The notes beneath the pieces are model-generated. The model had not been told where the DNA came from. It worked only from the letters and a program-made list of their open reading frames with translations, and did no database searches. The position numbers and the translations under genes were made by a program. From positions 62,001-126,000 of the forward strand of contig MU008189.1 in the NCBI GenBank assembly GCA_010909165.1: a DNA stretch of 64,000 bases, in the 5' to 3' direction. Source of the stretch: Anthoceros angustus. Taxonomy: Eukaryota; Plantae; Anthocerotophyta. Of this stretch, positions 13,450 to 26,697 are shown one piece after another. The stretch's first letter is position 1; every line of letters starts with the position of its first letter.

Positions 13450-15440
13450 GAAGTGAAGTCTTTGAAATTTTGGTCTCTTGAGGAGACCATACCGATTGAG
13501 CAAGTGGAGAATGAGATTATTAACAAGAAATGTCAAGGGTTCGATTCGGACATCGGAATCAGACTATGCAGCAGCCACGATGCTTGCACCCAAAAAAGAT
13601 GTTCATGGCAATTGAATGGAGAAAAGGATGTGAATGATCTCACACCTATGGATAGATATCCAATGCCCACTCCGGAAGAAATTTGAAACGCAATTGAAGA
13701 TTGCAAGGTCTTTTCAACTTTGGACTTACGGGGTGGGTTCAATCAAATAGAGATTGAGAAAGAATACAAGAAGAAGATAGCCTTCTGGGACAATAGATGC
13801 GTGTGGGAGTGGATTGTTTTTCCATTTGGATTGAAGAATGCTCCCAACGCTTTTCAAAGAGTGATGGACTATGCACTAAGAGGCTTATCATTTGCTAGAT
13901 GTTACATTGATGGTGTTTTGATATTCAGCAAGAGCATAAGGAGCATATTAAGATTGTGTTAGACAAATTGATAGAAGTGGGTCTAACTAGTTACCCTCAA
14001 AAGTGTAATTTCAGAGTTAGTAAGGTAGCATATTTATGACATTTAATAATTCCTAATGGTATTGCTCCTTGTGATGCTAAGGTTGAAGCATTTGCAAAGA
14101 TGGTACCATCCTCGGATCTAAGCACTTTACGCTCATTTCTTTAGCTAGTCAATTATTATCGCAATTTTGTAGCATATCACAGTATAGTTGTGAAGCCTAT
14201 GACAAAGCTATCAAAGAAGGATGTTGTTTGGGAATGGGGAGAAGATCAACAGAAGTCGTTTGAAGAGATCAAGGGAATCTTGATGACTCAGCGTATGTTG
14301 AAGAGACCCAATTTTGAGAATAAATTCAAGCTATACACTAATTGGAGCAAACTTGGCTGGGGAGTAGTTCTAGCGCAAGATAATGATAATGATGTAGAAC
14401 AGGTGGTAGCTTATGCAAGTAGGAATAATAATCTTGCTGAGAGTAACTATTCCTCTTACCATGGAGAATGTTTGTCACCTATATGGGCAGTAGCACATTT
14501 CATACCTATTTGTATGACGCTCAATTTGATTTGATCACTGATCATTAACCTGTGAAGTGGCTAATGAAAAGTAAGAAGCTCACATGTAAGTTAGCAAGGT
14601 GGGCACTTATTTTGCAGGAGTACAAATTTAACAATTGAGCATAGGGTAAGAGTTAAGCATGCCAATGTAGACGTGTTGTCAAGAAATCCACTTGGATGCA
14701 ACAAGGACGAAACGGGTGCTAGACAAGATTATGATGAGAGTGATGAACTTGAGTGCAATTGAGTGGTGTCTAGATGGACATCAAGCTCGTATTTAATGAA
14801 TCTGATTGAAACACCTGCTAGTACAATAAGATTAGATATTTAGGAGGATAAGAATACACTGGAGAGAGTACAAACTAGGAATCAAAATATATTGACATCA
14901 AAGGAGAATGATAGGTTAACAAAAAGGAGTAGAAGGTATAAATGGGCGGACAACATAAAGATTGTGCCTAGACTAGAGGATAGGATAAGTTTCCTAAGGA
15001 TGCTTGCTGCATCCTTAGGAAAGTTCTCACCTTATATGCTATTGTTTGGAAGAAGACCACAACTTTTCGGAATGTTGGATAATTTATCTATGCATCACCT
15101 TTATCACCCTACAAGGTGAACACCATTGTTGAGTTAGATGACCCTAGCCAATGGCTGAAAGTAGTCAAGCATAGGGCGGAGTTATTTAAGAGAATCAAGC
15201 CTATGGCAATGGACAATTTGTTGATTGCTCAGCATAGAGATGAGTTGGGATATAGGAAAACAAAAAGTGGACATTTTAGGCCCAAAGTGAGAAAATTTGA
15301 GATGTGAGACTATGTATACTTACAAAGGAAGACTAGGACTACAATTGACACAAGTACGAGCAGGATAATATTTAAGGGTGGAGAATATAAAGGCAAGTGG
15401 AATTTTAGAGCTGAAGGGAAGAGATGACACGACATACTCA
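13450..15440 (+). mobile_element. Degenerate Ty3/gypsy pol (RT, RNase H, partial integrase)
   Basis: Motifs DRYPMPTPEEI, FSTLDLRGGFNQI, FPFGLKNAPNAFQRVMD..YIDGVLIFS and VAYASRNNNLAESNYSSYHGECL, with many stops and frameshifts. Confidence 0.9.
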
Positions 15441-15444
15441 TACT

Positions 15445-15730
15445 GAGGGAGATGACCAACAAAGTTTGGTTCCCTCATCGATCTTGTATGTTGTGAGCCA
15501 CCGTCAAGAGTAGATGATGGCGAATAGGCACGATGCGGATGACGAGGAGGAGATGCTCAAGGGAAAGCATTTGATAAGTGCTAATAATGTGATCACCCAC
15601 TCATACCAAGGGAGAGGGCCAACAAAGTTTAGTTTCCTCATCGATCTTGTACGTTGTGAGCCACCATTAAGAGTGCATGATGACGAATAGCCTTGATGCG
15701 GTACAACGGGAGGAAGCGCTCAAGGAAAAG
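15445..15730. repeat. Two diverged tandem copies of a ~163-bp unit
   Basis: agggaga..ccaacaaagttt..tcatcgatcttgta.gttgtgagccacc..aagagt occurs at ~15446 and ~15609. Confidence 0.7.
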
Positions 15731-16209
15731 GATCAGTTGTGCACTTATATTAATATACGCTTATATCAATATTGGGGCTGGCCTCTCCACTAGAAATACA
15801 AATATAAATAAGAGATATATATATAAGAAGCTTTGCTGAATCTAAGATATTCAGAAGCAAGATTTTTGAAGCACAACACAAAATTATTGTGAAAATTAAC
15901 CTAAAATTAATGTGCAAGTTAAAAAGTTTTTTTTGATTTTTTTACGAAAGTTAAAAATACATTTGAAATTGTACAAAGGGTTTGGTTAATCCATCAAGAA
16001 ACACGTGTCTAGGACTCCAATGGAGGAACCCTATTCGTAATTGCCTCTATTTTACTATATTTGTCATCCTAATCATCCTAGTCTCTCTATATTTGTCCCC
16101 CATGTTCATAGGGTACCCCAGTTTCCTTTCGAGAGAGATGCAGCATGTTGCTAAAGGAGTCAATTTATTGTCTCTCTTTATGAAGAGATATATGATAAGG
16201 GATGATAAA

Positions 16210-16865
16210 GAAATATATGGGCTTCTAACATCTCTTCATCATGCTCCATGGATATCTCTTCATTATCCTCTAGTAACATCTCATCATCATCTATTAACTT
16301 CTGCTCATCATCCTCTATTAACATATTATCATCATTCTCCATTGACATCATATCACCATCCTCTATTAACATCTCTTCATCATCATCTATTAACATCTCA
16401 TCCTCATCCTCGATTAATATCTCATCCTCATGCTCCATTAACATCTCATCATCATCCTCGATTAACATCTCATCGTCATCCTCAATTAACATCTCATAGT
16501 CATCCTCCATTGACATCTTATAGTCATCCTCCATTGACATCTCATCATCATCCTCCATGGACATCTCATCATCGTCCTCCATTGATGTCTCATCATCATC
16601 CTCCATTGACGTCTCATCGTCATCCTCCATTGAGGTCTCATCGTCATCCTCCATTGACGTCTCATCGTCATTCTCCATTGACGTCTCATCATCATCCTCC
16701 ATTGACGTCTCATCATCATCCTCCATTGACGTCTCATCATCATCCTCCATTGACGTCTCATCATCATCCTCCATTGACGTCTCATCATCATCCTCCATTG
16801 ACATCTCATCATCATCCTCCATTGACATCTCATTGTCATCCTCGATTAACATCTCGTTATCATCT
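16210..16865. repeat. 24-bp minisatellite (CATCATCATCCTCCATTGACGTCT), roughly 27 units
   Basis: Visible directly. It reads as (EDDDETSM)n on the minus strand and (HHHPPLTS)n on the plus strand. Confidence 0.95.
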
Positions 16866-17769
16866 TCCAACTCAAATATTCTCCTTCTACGATTTTTCAA
16901 CCATTCCATGAGACATGGACATTTTGCTATGAAATTCTTTAACCATGGCATAAGGTATATCTCGTGAAAAAAGAGAGGATCTGCATTCATTTCTGTGATC
17001 TCTTTTTTAATTCTCTTTGTGCATATGTCACAATGCATTATAATTGCAAAATTGTGCAAAATTATTTTCACAGTTGCTTCTCGAATTACATCATTATAAT
17101 CCATTTTAAAAAGCTTAACTAGGTGTACCAAAATGGGGGATCTTCTTTAGGGGTGTGTTTCACCAATCCCTTCAAGATGGCTAGCTTCACAATATTTTCG
17201 CAAATATCAACTTGCTCACGCAAGGAGTAATCAACTTTACCCTCTCCTCCGCCCCACCTAGGAGCTTATCTCCAATCACAAACATATTGGGAGCTCAATT
17301 CACATGCCTACTAGATATAACAACACAGACTTTTCGAGGGAGCCTTAATATGTTAGCATGCCACCATACAATCAGCTGGCCAAGCTCTCATGTTTAAGTT
17401 CTATTGAAACTCAGCGAAAATCAAGATACTCTCAAGTCATGTTCAAGTTCTATTTATACTTAGTGACCATCAAGATATTTAATGTTTCAAAGAAATAGGT
17501 AGAAAAGAATAAAAAAAGAAGTTACCGTGTAGACAAGAATCATAAATAGAAGTCATTGGATAGAAAAGAAGCATAAAAGGAAGTTACTGGGTAGTCAAGA
17601 ATTAAAAAAGGAAGTTATTGGGTAGACAAGAATTAAAAAAAGAAACTGATTACTTACCTAATAAGAACTTAAACCCTAAACCCTAATTTGTTGCTTAATA
17701 AATTTTATGGATAATAAAATTTACTAAAATATATGGCAGCGCATTTCTACACATGACATGGTTTCCAAT

Positions 17770-18330
17770 GCCAGGAAGAGTGGATTCTTTCTTGTCGGAG
17801 AGCGGCCAAAAACTTTGCCTAATACCGTTTCTTTCAAGGCTGACCTATTTCTGACCCAGAGGGACTAGGTCTCTATTGCAAATATGCTTGTAAGAGTCTT
17901 TGTGAGCATGTCATCATCAATTCTCCATGCACTATAGCCAAGTACACACGCATGTGAGAAGGCCATGCTTTCATTCTCCTTGTTTTTGAGACTCACGAAA
18001 TATGGGCAAGGACTTCTCGAGGTTTATAAGGCTTGGGCTAAAGCATACCACATCCACAAAAATGGGGTAGGTCTCCTCTTGACTTCTCGAGGTTTATCAA
18101 GGCTTGGGCTAAAGCATACCACATCCCCAAAAATGGGGTAGGTCTCCTCCTCTGCATGTGGTGGCTTTCTTCCGGCAACGTGTATTCATTGCTCTTCAAA
18201 GGGCATTGGCAAACACAATTTTTAAGGCAACTTCAATCGCGGGGAACGTAGGATCTTCACCTTCGGTGGTTAGTAGGCTCTTCCTTATTCTAGACTATGA
18301 CATCTTAGGGGCAGTAGGTAGCTTCAAAGT
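17770..18330 (+). mobile_element. 3' fragment of a restriction-like-endonuclease non-LTR retrotransposon (CRE-like)
   Basis: Degenerate GRVDSF.., KYTRM*EGHAFILLVFETH and FFRQRVFIALQRALA resemble the RLE pattern RxD..KY..FxPxxxETxG and the RQRxSxALQR tail. There is an internal ~70-bp duplication at 18010-18148. Confidence 0.55.
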
Positions 18331-18881
18331 AGACATTCGGGGGGCCAATCCCGTGGGCCTTGGGGTCTCTAGGGGTTATTCCCATCGCATTGGTGGAGAG
18401 GAGACTTTCCATCTCTGCATATTTATAAATCTCCACGTTAACAAAATAATCTGGAAAGTTTGATTCTATGATTGGGCTAGCCTTGAATACGCACACAGTG
18501 CCTAGTGTATGCACATACCTTAGGAGGCTATGGTTTTGGGCGCCCTCCACAAAAAGGTTATTTTTTTTCAAAAGGTGAAATTTCAATATGTATTAAAATA
18601 ATGATAATTTATAGGATTTAAAACATAATAAAAGAATATTTTATGAATTAAACTAATAAACCCTTCAAGAACCTCAACAAAGTATTTAGGTCGAGACAAC
18701 TACCAACCTATAGAAACTTCAAAACATTTTCACTCTGGTTCTAGGTACTTGCTTACCAAAGATGGCTAACCCTAAACATTCGTATCGATTTCACACCACT
18801 TTAGGGTACTTTCTTCCAATTAGGCAGTGAGAAATCAAAAAATAAAAATAAAAACACAATCGTATGTAGTCTATATGCTAA

Positions 18882-20802
18882 CTAGAGATGCTTTTTATCG
18901 AACAATGTGGGCGGCAGGCGGCTGGTGGGCACAGCCCACAGTGGCTTGGCTCGAGGCAAGCTGAGTCCGAACCTCTCAGACATGTCTAGATCCTGAGGAG
19001 CCTGGCCTTCGGGCAGGCTCCATTCGAAGGCTTGCAGCAGCCTTGCAAGGCTGTAGTGCACCTGAGCAAGTGCCAGGTTCATTCCTGGACAACTCCGTCT
19101 CCCAGATCCAAACGGCAGCAGCTGGAAATGCTGGCCTCTGAAATCGATGTCAGCAGGAGCAGCCTGGTCTAGGAACCTCTCGGGCAAGAACTCCAGCGGC
19201 CTCTCCCAAACCCCTTTCGTCCGCCCGATGCTCCACGCGTTCACCAGGGTGGTGGTGTTGGCCGGGATGTGGTACCCGCTCACTTCGCATGCCTGGCCGC
19301 TCATGTGCGGCACCATCAGCGGTACCGGCGGGTGAAGCCGGAGCGTCTCCTTCACCACGGCCTGGAGGTATCGGAGGTCCGGGAGATCCGACTCCAGGAC
19401 CAGCCGGCCCTTGCCTACCACCGCGTCCAGCTCGGATTGCACCCGTTGCAATTTGCTAGGGTTCCGGAGCAGCTCTGCGAAGGTCCATTCCAATGTTGTT
19501 GCTGTGGTTTCCGCCCCCGCCGAGAACATCTCCTGCATGATGGTATCGTCGGTTTAGGTTACCATGTTTGGATGCACTGTGTTGCAAATGTGGGGTTGCA
19601 CCTATGGGAGTTGAGGACTGCTCTTACCATGAAGAGAGATTTCATGACCTGTGGGTCCAAGTTCGCAGCACCGTCCTCTCCTGGGACGGAGAGCAGGAGG
19701 CTTATGAAATCTCTACCGGGACGGTCTTGGCCGTTGTAGCTCTCGCGTTCTTTCAAGACAGCGTCCATGAAGGAGTTGAGCTGCTTCTGCACCTTCGTCA
19801 TCCTGGCCTTGTTGGTCGTGAGGTTGTCCAGGAATCCCAGCCATGGGACGAAGTCTCGGATCAGAGGAGCTGCGGAGAGGAAGAAAATTTCATCCACCAG
19901 GGCTTTTATCTCGGAGGCCTGATTCTGAGCCATGGAGTGCACACCAGGTATGGTACCAGGCCTGCTCCAAGTCAGTCCATTTGAAGTGCTGAAATATTGC
20001 TTGCAAGGAAGGATTTTGCCACGCACCTGTTGAGATGGTGATGAGTTCCTTGCGTCGGACTCGGTGTAGAAGCAGATCCTCTTGCTCATCAGGATGCGTG
20101 ACATCAGGTTCATGATCAAGTAGGATGATGTCTGTTTCAGGTCCACTGCACCAGTGCCGTCCTCCAGGATACACTTCACCAGGTTGCCAACCTCTTCTTC
20201 CCGGACATACTGGAACTGCTCAACTCTCTTAACCGTCAGAAGCTCCAAGGTAGCCAGCTTCCTAAGTCCATTGATGTTCAAAAACGATGAATGGCCTTTT
20301 ACGCATATCTGCTTTCCTAAGAGCTCATTGAAATCTGACCTACAAGCAGTGTACGTAAGGGATGAAAAGCTGAGGCTTGAGCTACAGTTGGTACTAACTT
20401 GAGAAATCTCCAATGGGGGCCGTAGGAGACGAATGTTATGGAGTGATTTCCGAAGCCCATGATGTCAACCACACTGGCATAAGGTCGGTAGGAGAATTCT
20501 TGGTCCCGATCCTTGAGCACCTCTTTGGCAACCTCGGGAGAGGAAACCACAATAGCCTGCTTCGAGCCGAGCCTGAGAGACATGATGGGGCCATACTCCT
20601 GCGCCAGCCGGTGCAACTCCTGGTGGGGAAGGTGGGTGGAGGCAAAAATGCCTAGATTTCCAAACACTGGCACTCCCCAGGGGCCTGGTGGGAGCCTGGC
20701 CTTGGACTGTCTCTGCTGGTTGAAGAGCAGGAAGGATAGGGCCGTCAAGGCAATGAGAAGCAGGACCGTCCATCCGTCCCAGCTCACAGGTGCTGTCTCC
20801 AT
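18882..20802 (-). CDS. Cytochrome P450, CYP71 clan (A-type), 4 exons
   Basis: N-terminal TM helix, LPPGP, AGAETT, KETLR, PERF and the heme motif PFGSGRRSCPG. Exons 20802-20399, 20261-20027, 19918-19628 and 19532-18882 splice in frame. Confidence 0.93.
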
Positions 20803-21444
20803 CTGTTTCTCCAGGGGAAATGAAGTACCTGCCTGCCGTCACTGAACTATAAGAGCGGGCTCCATGGCCCTACTTTTGAGGTGTACACGCAGATTTGGTG
20901 AGTTACCTCATTGGTTGGCTGGAGTTGGGCCGCGCAGATACCGAAAGAGTTTCCGTCAGCATGGTAAGTATGGGCCTGTCACTCGTCATAATCTTTAGCT
21001 GACGTGCAGTTCTCTGCTTCTCGCAACTTTTGGGAAAAGTCAGTTCTGTGCTTCTCGCAACTCTTGGGAATGGTTGGGAGTCTGCAGAAACCCTTCAGGG
21101 AGGTGCGCATCACGGGAGTGAGGAATGAAACAAACTTGTCCACGATCACGGGAGGTGAACAATGGAACTTATTTGTACACAATGCTGCAAGAAGTCAGTT
21201 GATATGGTGTGATTTATCAAATGTGTGATTAATCAAATCCAGAACAATTCGTCCTTCCGAAGAGGGCATCCTGATTTTCCTTGTGATCCTCGTCCTATGT
21301 GTATCTACGTATGGATGTATTGCCGAGGATCCCTACATATATACGTACCATGTATAGGGACACGCGTAACTACTTCCTTGTGGTTGCGCGATTTGACGTG
21401 AGAGTTCTCCTGAAATAATTCTCTTCAATGATAAACACCTGTCG

Positions 21445-21845
21445 AACTTGACATTGTACTCCACAGAGCCAACTTGACATTATACTCTATAGAGCCGACG
21501 CAGCAATGTCCATATGGCAGCCCTTATTCTCGGGCAAAGATAAAGCCGACGCAGCAATGTATGGCAGCCTTTACATTGCTGCCTTATTCTCGGGCAAAGA
21601 TAAAGCCGACGCAGCAATGTATGGCCGCCCTTATTCTCGGGCAAAGATAAAGCCGACGCAGCAATGTATGGCAGCCCTTATTCTCGGGCAAAGATAAAGC
21701 CGAAGCAGCAATGTACGGCAACCTTTATCCTCGGGCAAAGATAAAATATTCTCGAACAAAGGTAAAGGTGGAGAGTTTTAGTGGATGAGTACGGTAGCCT
21801 TTATTCTCGGATAAAGGTAAAGTATTTTGGAATAAAGATAAAGGT
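21445..21845. repeat. ~47-bp tandem array upstream of the P450
   Basis: gccgacgcagcaatgtatggcagcccttattctcgggcaaagataaa units start at 21494, 21545, 21605, 21652 and 21699, then decay. A 26-bp duplication precedes them. Confidence 0.9.
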
Positions 21846-22194
21846 CCCCGGGGAGTTTTAGTGGGTGAGGGAGTTTTCCCCAAGTCCCACATAACCTGGG
21901 ATGGTATATAGGCACATATTCAGACGTCCTCAGGAAGGGTATAATCTCTTCCTATGGTATCTAGGTACGTATTTAGATGTCCTCGGAAGGGTATTATCTT
22001 TCCTGTTGGGATGATACGATATGCAACGTAGGGGAATCAGAACCCTTGCTCAAGATTTCTCCACGGGGTTGTTTTGATTTATTTTCAATATACCAATTTA
22101 AAAACAAAACACTCTCCATAGAACGCCGCTTTAAGACATACTCTCCTCCAGCACTGGTCAGGGACCAGGGTCACAGTCTCCACTCGCAGGAGCT

Positions 22195-22620
22195 CTACAG
22201 TGTCTTCTCCAATCTGTGCATGAACCTGTCTTCCCAATCTCTAAACCTAAGGTGCCAACACTTGCACATGCCTGCAGGGGGCTCTCGAGTATGGCAGAAT
22301 CGCGCCACGATGCCTCCTTCTTGCACAGCCCTCCAGAGACGAAGGGCATCCTGCACCACATCCCTCTCACCACACATTTTATCAGCACAGCATGAAAGAG
22401 AGAGCGAGCTATCCAGCAGCCTGGGATCCAGGAAGGCCGTTTCCGTGAAAGAGTTCTTGTCCCTGTTGTTGAACAAAGGGCAACTCTCCAGGCAGCCATG
22501 AAGCTGCAGACACTGAGCTATATCTAGATGCGGAATTCATTGCCCTGATATCCACATCCACAAGCAAGCCGCATTGTCATCATGGTCCTCCAGGAACAGT
22601 CGACAGCATTCTGCACTTCA
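22195..22620 (-). pseudogene. Possible decayed PLS-PPR fragment
   Basis: DKMCGERDVVQDALRLWRAVQEGG resembles an S/P motif junction (FDKMxERDVV..EALxLF). It is heavily degenerate. Confidence 0.3.
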
Positions 22621-23121
22621 TGCAATAGTTTTGAAGATGGAAAATGGCTGGAAGGTGCATGCCTGATGACGAAGTGCCACCGTCAGTGCATGCCCGATGA
22701 GGAAGAAAGGAAGAGAAAAGTGCTACTGCACGGAAACTGTCTGCAGCTGTGTGTGCCAGGATTCAACAGACTCGCTGGTTGTGATCCCGTCTCTCAGAGG
22801 CTCAACTGGGCACACAGTATGCGCATGCAGCGCAGTTACAGGACTGCTTGAACAATTTTGCTTCCGTTGCACGCTAGCTAGCCTTCTCCTCTCCTCTCTG
22901 CTTCAGCACTGTCACTGTGTGCTGGCTTTCGCCATACGGCAATCAGATCTTGTGGGAGCGGTTTTGCACTTGGTGGTGAGACCATCTTCGTATCGTCTTG
23001 GGCGTGCTGCATTTGCTTTCGCATCTGCATTGCACGCATTTTTGGTGCAAATTGAGGAGAAGGCGGAGCCACTTTTCAAGAGAAAAGGGGGAAGGGGGAG
23101 CGCACGGCGAGAAGCGCACTC

Positions 23122-26100
23122 ATGGCGGCTACGACTTTTGTGGGGCTGGGCTGCGAGCAGCTTGCCAACAGCAGCGCTGTGATTCGACCTAGAGGCTTCT
23201 CGAACTCCCCGGGATCATCGCTGGGGTTCCTGCGGGCGGTGTCGCCATCTCCCGGCCTGCCCACTTTCTCTGCTTGTTGCACTTCCCAGCATCAGAGCAC
23301 CAGATGGAACCTGGGAGCTGCCCGGGCCGATGGGTCCTCCAGCGGCAGCAGCAGCAGCCCGAGGAGGCGGCCCAAGTACGTTCCCAACAAGATCGACGAC
23401 CCCAACTACGTTCGGGTGTTCGACACCACGCTCCGGGATGGGGAGCAGTCGCCTGGGGCCACCATGACCAGCAAGGAGAAGCTGGACATCGCCAGGCAGC
23501 TGGCCAGGCTGGGGGTGGATGTGATCGAGGCCGGGTTTCCCATTGCGTCCCCGGACGATCTGGAGGCCGTGCGTTTGATTGCCCAGGATGTGGGGAACAA
23601 CGTGGATGATGAGGGCTACGTGCCGGTCATCTGTGGGCTTGCTCGGTGCAGCAAGCCGGACATCAATGCTGCCTGGGAGGCAGTGCGGCATGCCCTGCGG
23701 CCTAGAATCCATGTCTTCATTGCTACGAGCGAGATTCACCTCAAGTACAAGCTGCGCAAGTCGAGGGAGGAGGTTGTGCAGATTGCGGTGGAGATGGTCT
23801 CGTATGCTAAGAGTTTGGGATGCCAGGATATTGAGTTCAGCCCAGAAGATGCTGGGAGGTGAGTGGTGTCGGGCTTTTGTTGTTGCTTGCAAGCATTCCG
23901 TGCCGTTCTTTTGTGATGTGAATTGGGGGTGGGTGCTTTCATGGCAGATCTGATCCTGAGTACGTGTATCATATTCTTGGGGAAGTGATCAAGGCTGGGG
24001 CCACCACCTTGAACATTCCCGATACTGTTGGGTACAATCTCCCAGGGGAATACGGCCAGCTGATTGCCAACATCATTAAGCATACCCCTGGCTCTGAGAA
24101 CGTCGTCTTCTCCACGCACTGCCAGAATGACCTAGGGCTGGCGTCCGCGAATACTCTTGCTGTATGTTGTTAGAGCACTGCGCTCAACTCCTGTGCAATC
24201 CTGCGCTTTATCTTTGCTGTTGTACTAACGGCGTGCTTCTCTTATTTGCCAGGGTGCCATTAATGGAGCAAGGCAAGTGGAGGTCACCATAAATGGCATT
24301 GGTGAACGTGCTGGAAATGCTTCTCTTGAAGAGGTGATTGGAACTGACTTTCTTTTGCAAATCCAGCTCGTGAGCTGGTTCACCTGCTGCGTTGCATGCC
24401 GAGTACTGAGTCAGGACTAGGCACCTAACGTAAGAGGTTGTTTGTTTGGTTGTATGTTTGGTGATCGAGATACAGTGGTGCATTTTCAGGTTGTCATGGC
24501 GATAAATTGTCGAGGCCAACAGAAGATGAATGGACTCTATACTGGGCTAACCACAAAGCACATTGTTGTCACCAGCAGAATGGTAGGTGTTATGAGTCAG
24601 ATGACGGAGATTCAACTCCCTATCTGTGCTGGCAATACTACGAAGGACCTTTCTTCTATTGGCAGGTGATGGACTGTATTGAATTCTTGTTTCCCTGTGC
24701 TCTTCCAGGTGTCAGATTACACGGGCATGCCTGTGCAACCTCACAAAGCAATTGTCGGAGCAAATGCGTTCGCGCATGAAAGTGGCATTCACCAGGTAAC
24801 TCGCACCTGTGATAGAAAACAGCCATGTGAGAGTTTCACGTGCTTATAATTCAATGTCTGATCTTATGTCTTGTACTCTCTTCTTAGGATGGAATGTTGA
24901 AGTTCAAGGGCACATATGAAATCATCTCTCCCGAGGACATTGGGCTTGTTCGTGCTGACAGTTCTGGGATTGTCCTGGGAAAGCATAGGTAATGCAAGAT
25001 GTGTTTCTGCTTGCCTTGCTGCATGCGTGTACTCCGTGGTATGGTCACTGCTTTAGAATGGTAAATTGACTCACCTTCGTGCTTTGTGCTGAACTTGTAG
25101 TGGTCGACATGCATTGAAGGCCCGCCTGCTGCAGGTACTGTTAGGACCTCAGCAGATGGACAAGCCTAAATCTGGTGGTGTTTTTTCTTCTCCGTGTGCA
25201 TTAACTCAAGTCGCCACTGTGCATGGCATGTATAGCTTGGATATGAGCTGGATGCGGCGAAGCTGGATGATGTATTCAAACGATTCAAGGCTGTTGCAGA
25301 GCAGAGAAAAGTGAGTGGAACACGCGATTGAGCACTCATGAAAAGTTCCGAATGTTTTTCATTTCCTGACTGATTTGAGCAATGAATGCTGCAGTCACTG
25401 TCGAATGAAGATTTAGAGGCACTTCTCTCAGACGAAGTCTTCCAGCCAGCAGTAGTCTGGGCACTCGGTGACCTGCAGGTGCTATTTTTTGGGCGAAGCA
25501 TATCAGTCAGTGTATTCTTATGTCGGTTTCGAAATGTGACCATGATTCTGACTTGCCTGATGGGGGCTGGTCGATCAGGTTGTATGTGGGACGGCTGGCT
25601 CGCCGTCTGCGACTGTCCAGCTCATTGGCCCGGATGGTGTGAAGAGAGTGGGATTCTCCACGGGCACGGGACCTGTCGATGCAGCCTACAAGGCTGTGGA
25701 TTCCATCGTCCAGGTGACAACCTAACGGCTGACATAATCGATAGTCATTGGTGACAAGACACCACTTGTGTTCCTTGGCTCAACTCGTTTGTGTGCTTGT
25801 GCCGCAGATTCCAGTGACTCTCCTGGAGTATTCCCTCACTTCTGTGACAGAGGGCATTGATGCCATCGCGCATACTCGAGTGCTGGTCCGCGGTTCTGGC
25901 ACCCATGCAGCCACTCATGCACAAACAGGCGAACCTGTGCTACGCACATTCAGGTCATTGGCTGAATCCTGTTGTTGTTGCATTCTTCGACTCTACTCAT
26001 CAACAGATCTGGGCCTCCTGAAGCAAGTCTCGGTTTTGGCTGTGCAGCGGCACGGGAGCTGGGGTTGATGTCGTGGTCTCCAGTGTGAGAGCCTACATCG

Positions 26101-26171
26101 GTGCTCTAAACAAGATGTTGGGCTTTGGAAGCGTCAAGTCATCTCCCTCAGAATCCAGAGTCTCTGTATAA
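23122..26171 (+). CDS. IPMS: 2-isopropylmalate synthase, chloroplastic (multi-exon)
   Basis: Transit-peptide-like N-terminus, then [40 protein letters not shown] and the regulatory domain [21 protein letters not shown]. Stop TAA at 26169-26171. Confidence 0.96.
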
Positions 26172-26697
26172 GATTGAATCCTGGAGACAAGCTTAACCAA
26201 CAAAACTGTGGTCCTGAGTCCACTCTCATCTCTCAAACCACCAAACCACCTCAATTTTGCCGAAGAAGCCATGTGACGGGATTGCAGTCCTCGAGTTCCC
26301 GATGTACTTTTGTGTGCTACGCCTTGAAGCTCCTCTAATGCAAATGGAGACAAGTTCTCCTCCAGAATGTTTCCACCATGCATCTGATAGCAGCATTCTG
26401 TCAAACATGGCATTTCTACATAGTCGTGATTACAGCACGAGGCTGAACGCAAACCATAAAGCAGGTTGCAACATCGAAGTCTGCGCACCCTCGGCATCGT
26501 GGTCCTGGAATCGGGACAGTGGGTCGCATCGTTTCCTTCCATTTTCCCGACCCATCCACAGAAATATGCAAGTTTCCTGGGGAACGCATGTATATTAGGT
26601 TGTTGCCTTTCCCACTGCGAGGCCATGGACTGGGAGCCCGCCGACAAGTGAGGTTACCGCACGTCAAACGCGTGAGTCTGAATTGAAGGTAACGACG

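Noticed and set aside
15770-15795. Helitron 3' end (hairpin plus CTAG)
   Set aside because: The hairpin is weak, CTAG is followed by A rather than T, and no matching 5' end was found.
15982-16911. His/Pro-rich extensin-like gene on the plus strand
   Set aside because: The openness is explained by a 24-bp repeat without stops. The ORF starts at TTG and there is no independent support.
16900-17131. Erv1/ALR-like sulfhydryl oxidase suggested by CxxC and W spacing
   Set aside because: The diagnostic HNxVN motif is absent, so the resemblance is too weak.
21494-21745. CRISPR-like regularly spaced repeats
   Set aside because: Units repeat in full with no unique spacers, there are no cas genes and the context is eukaryotic. 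It is a minisatellite.
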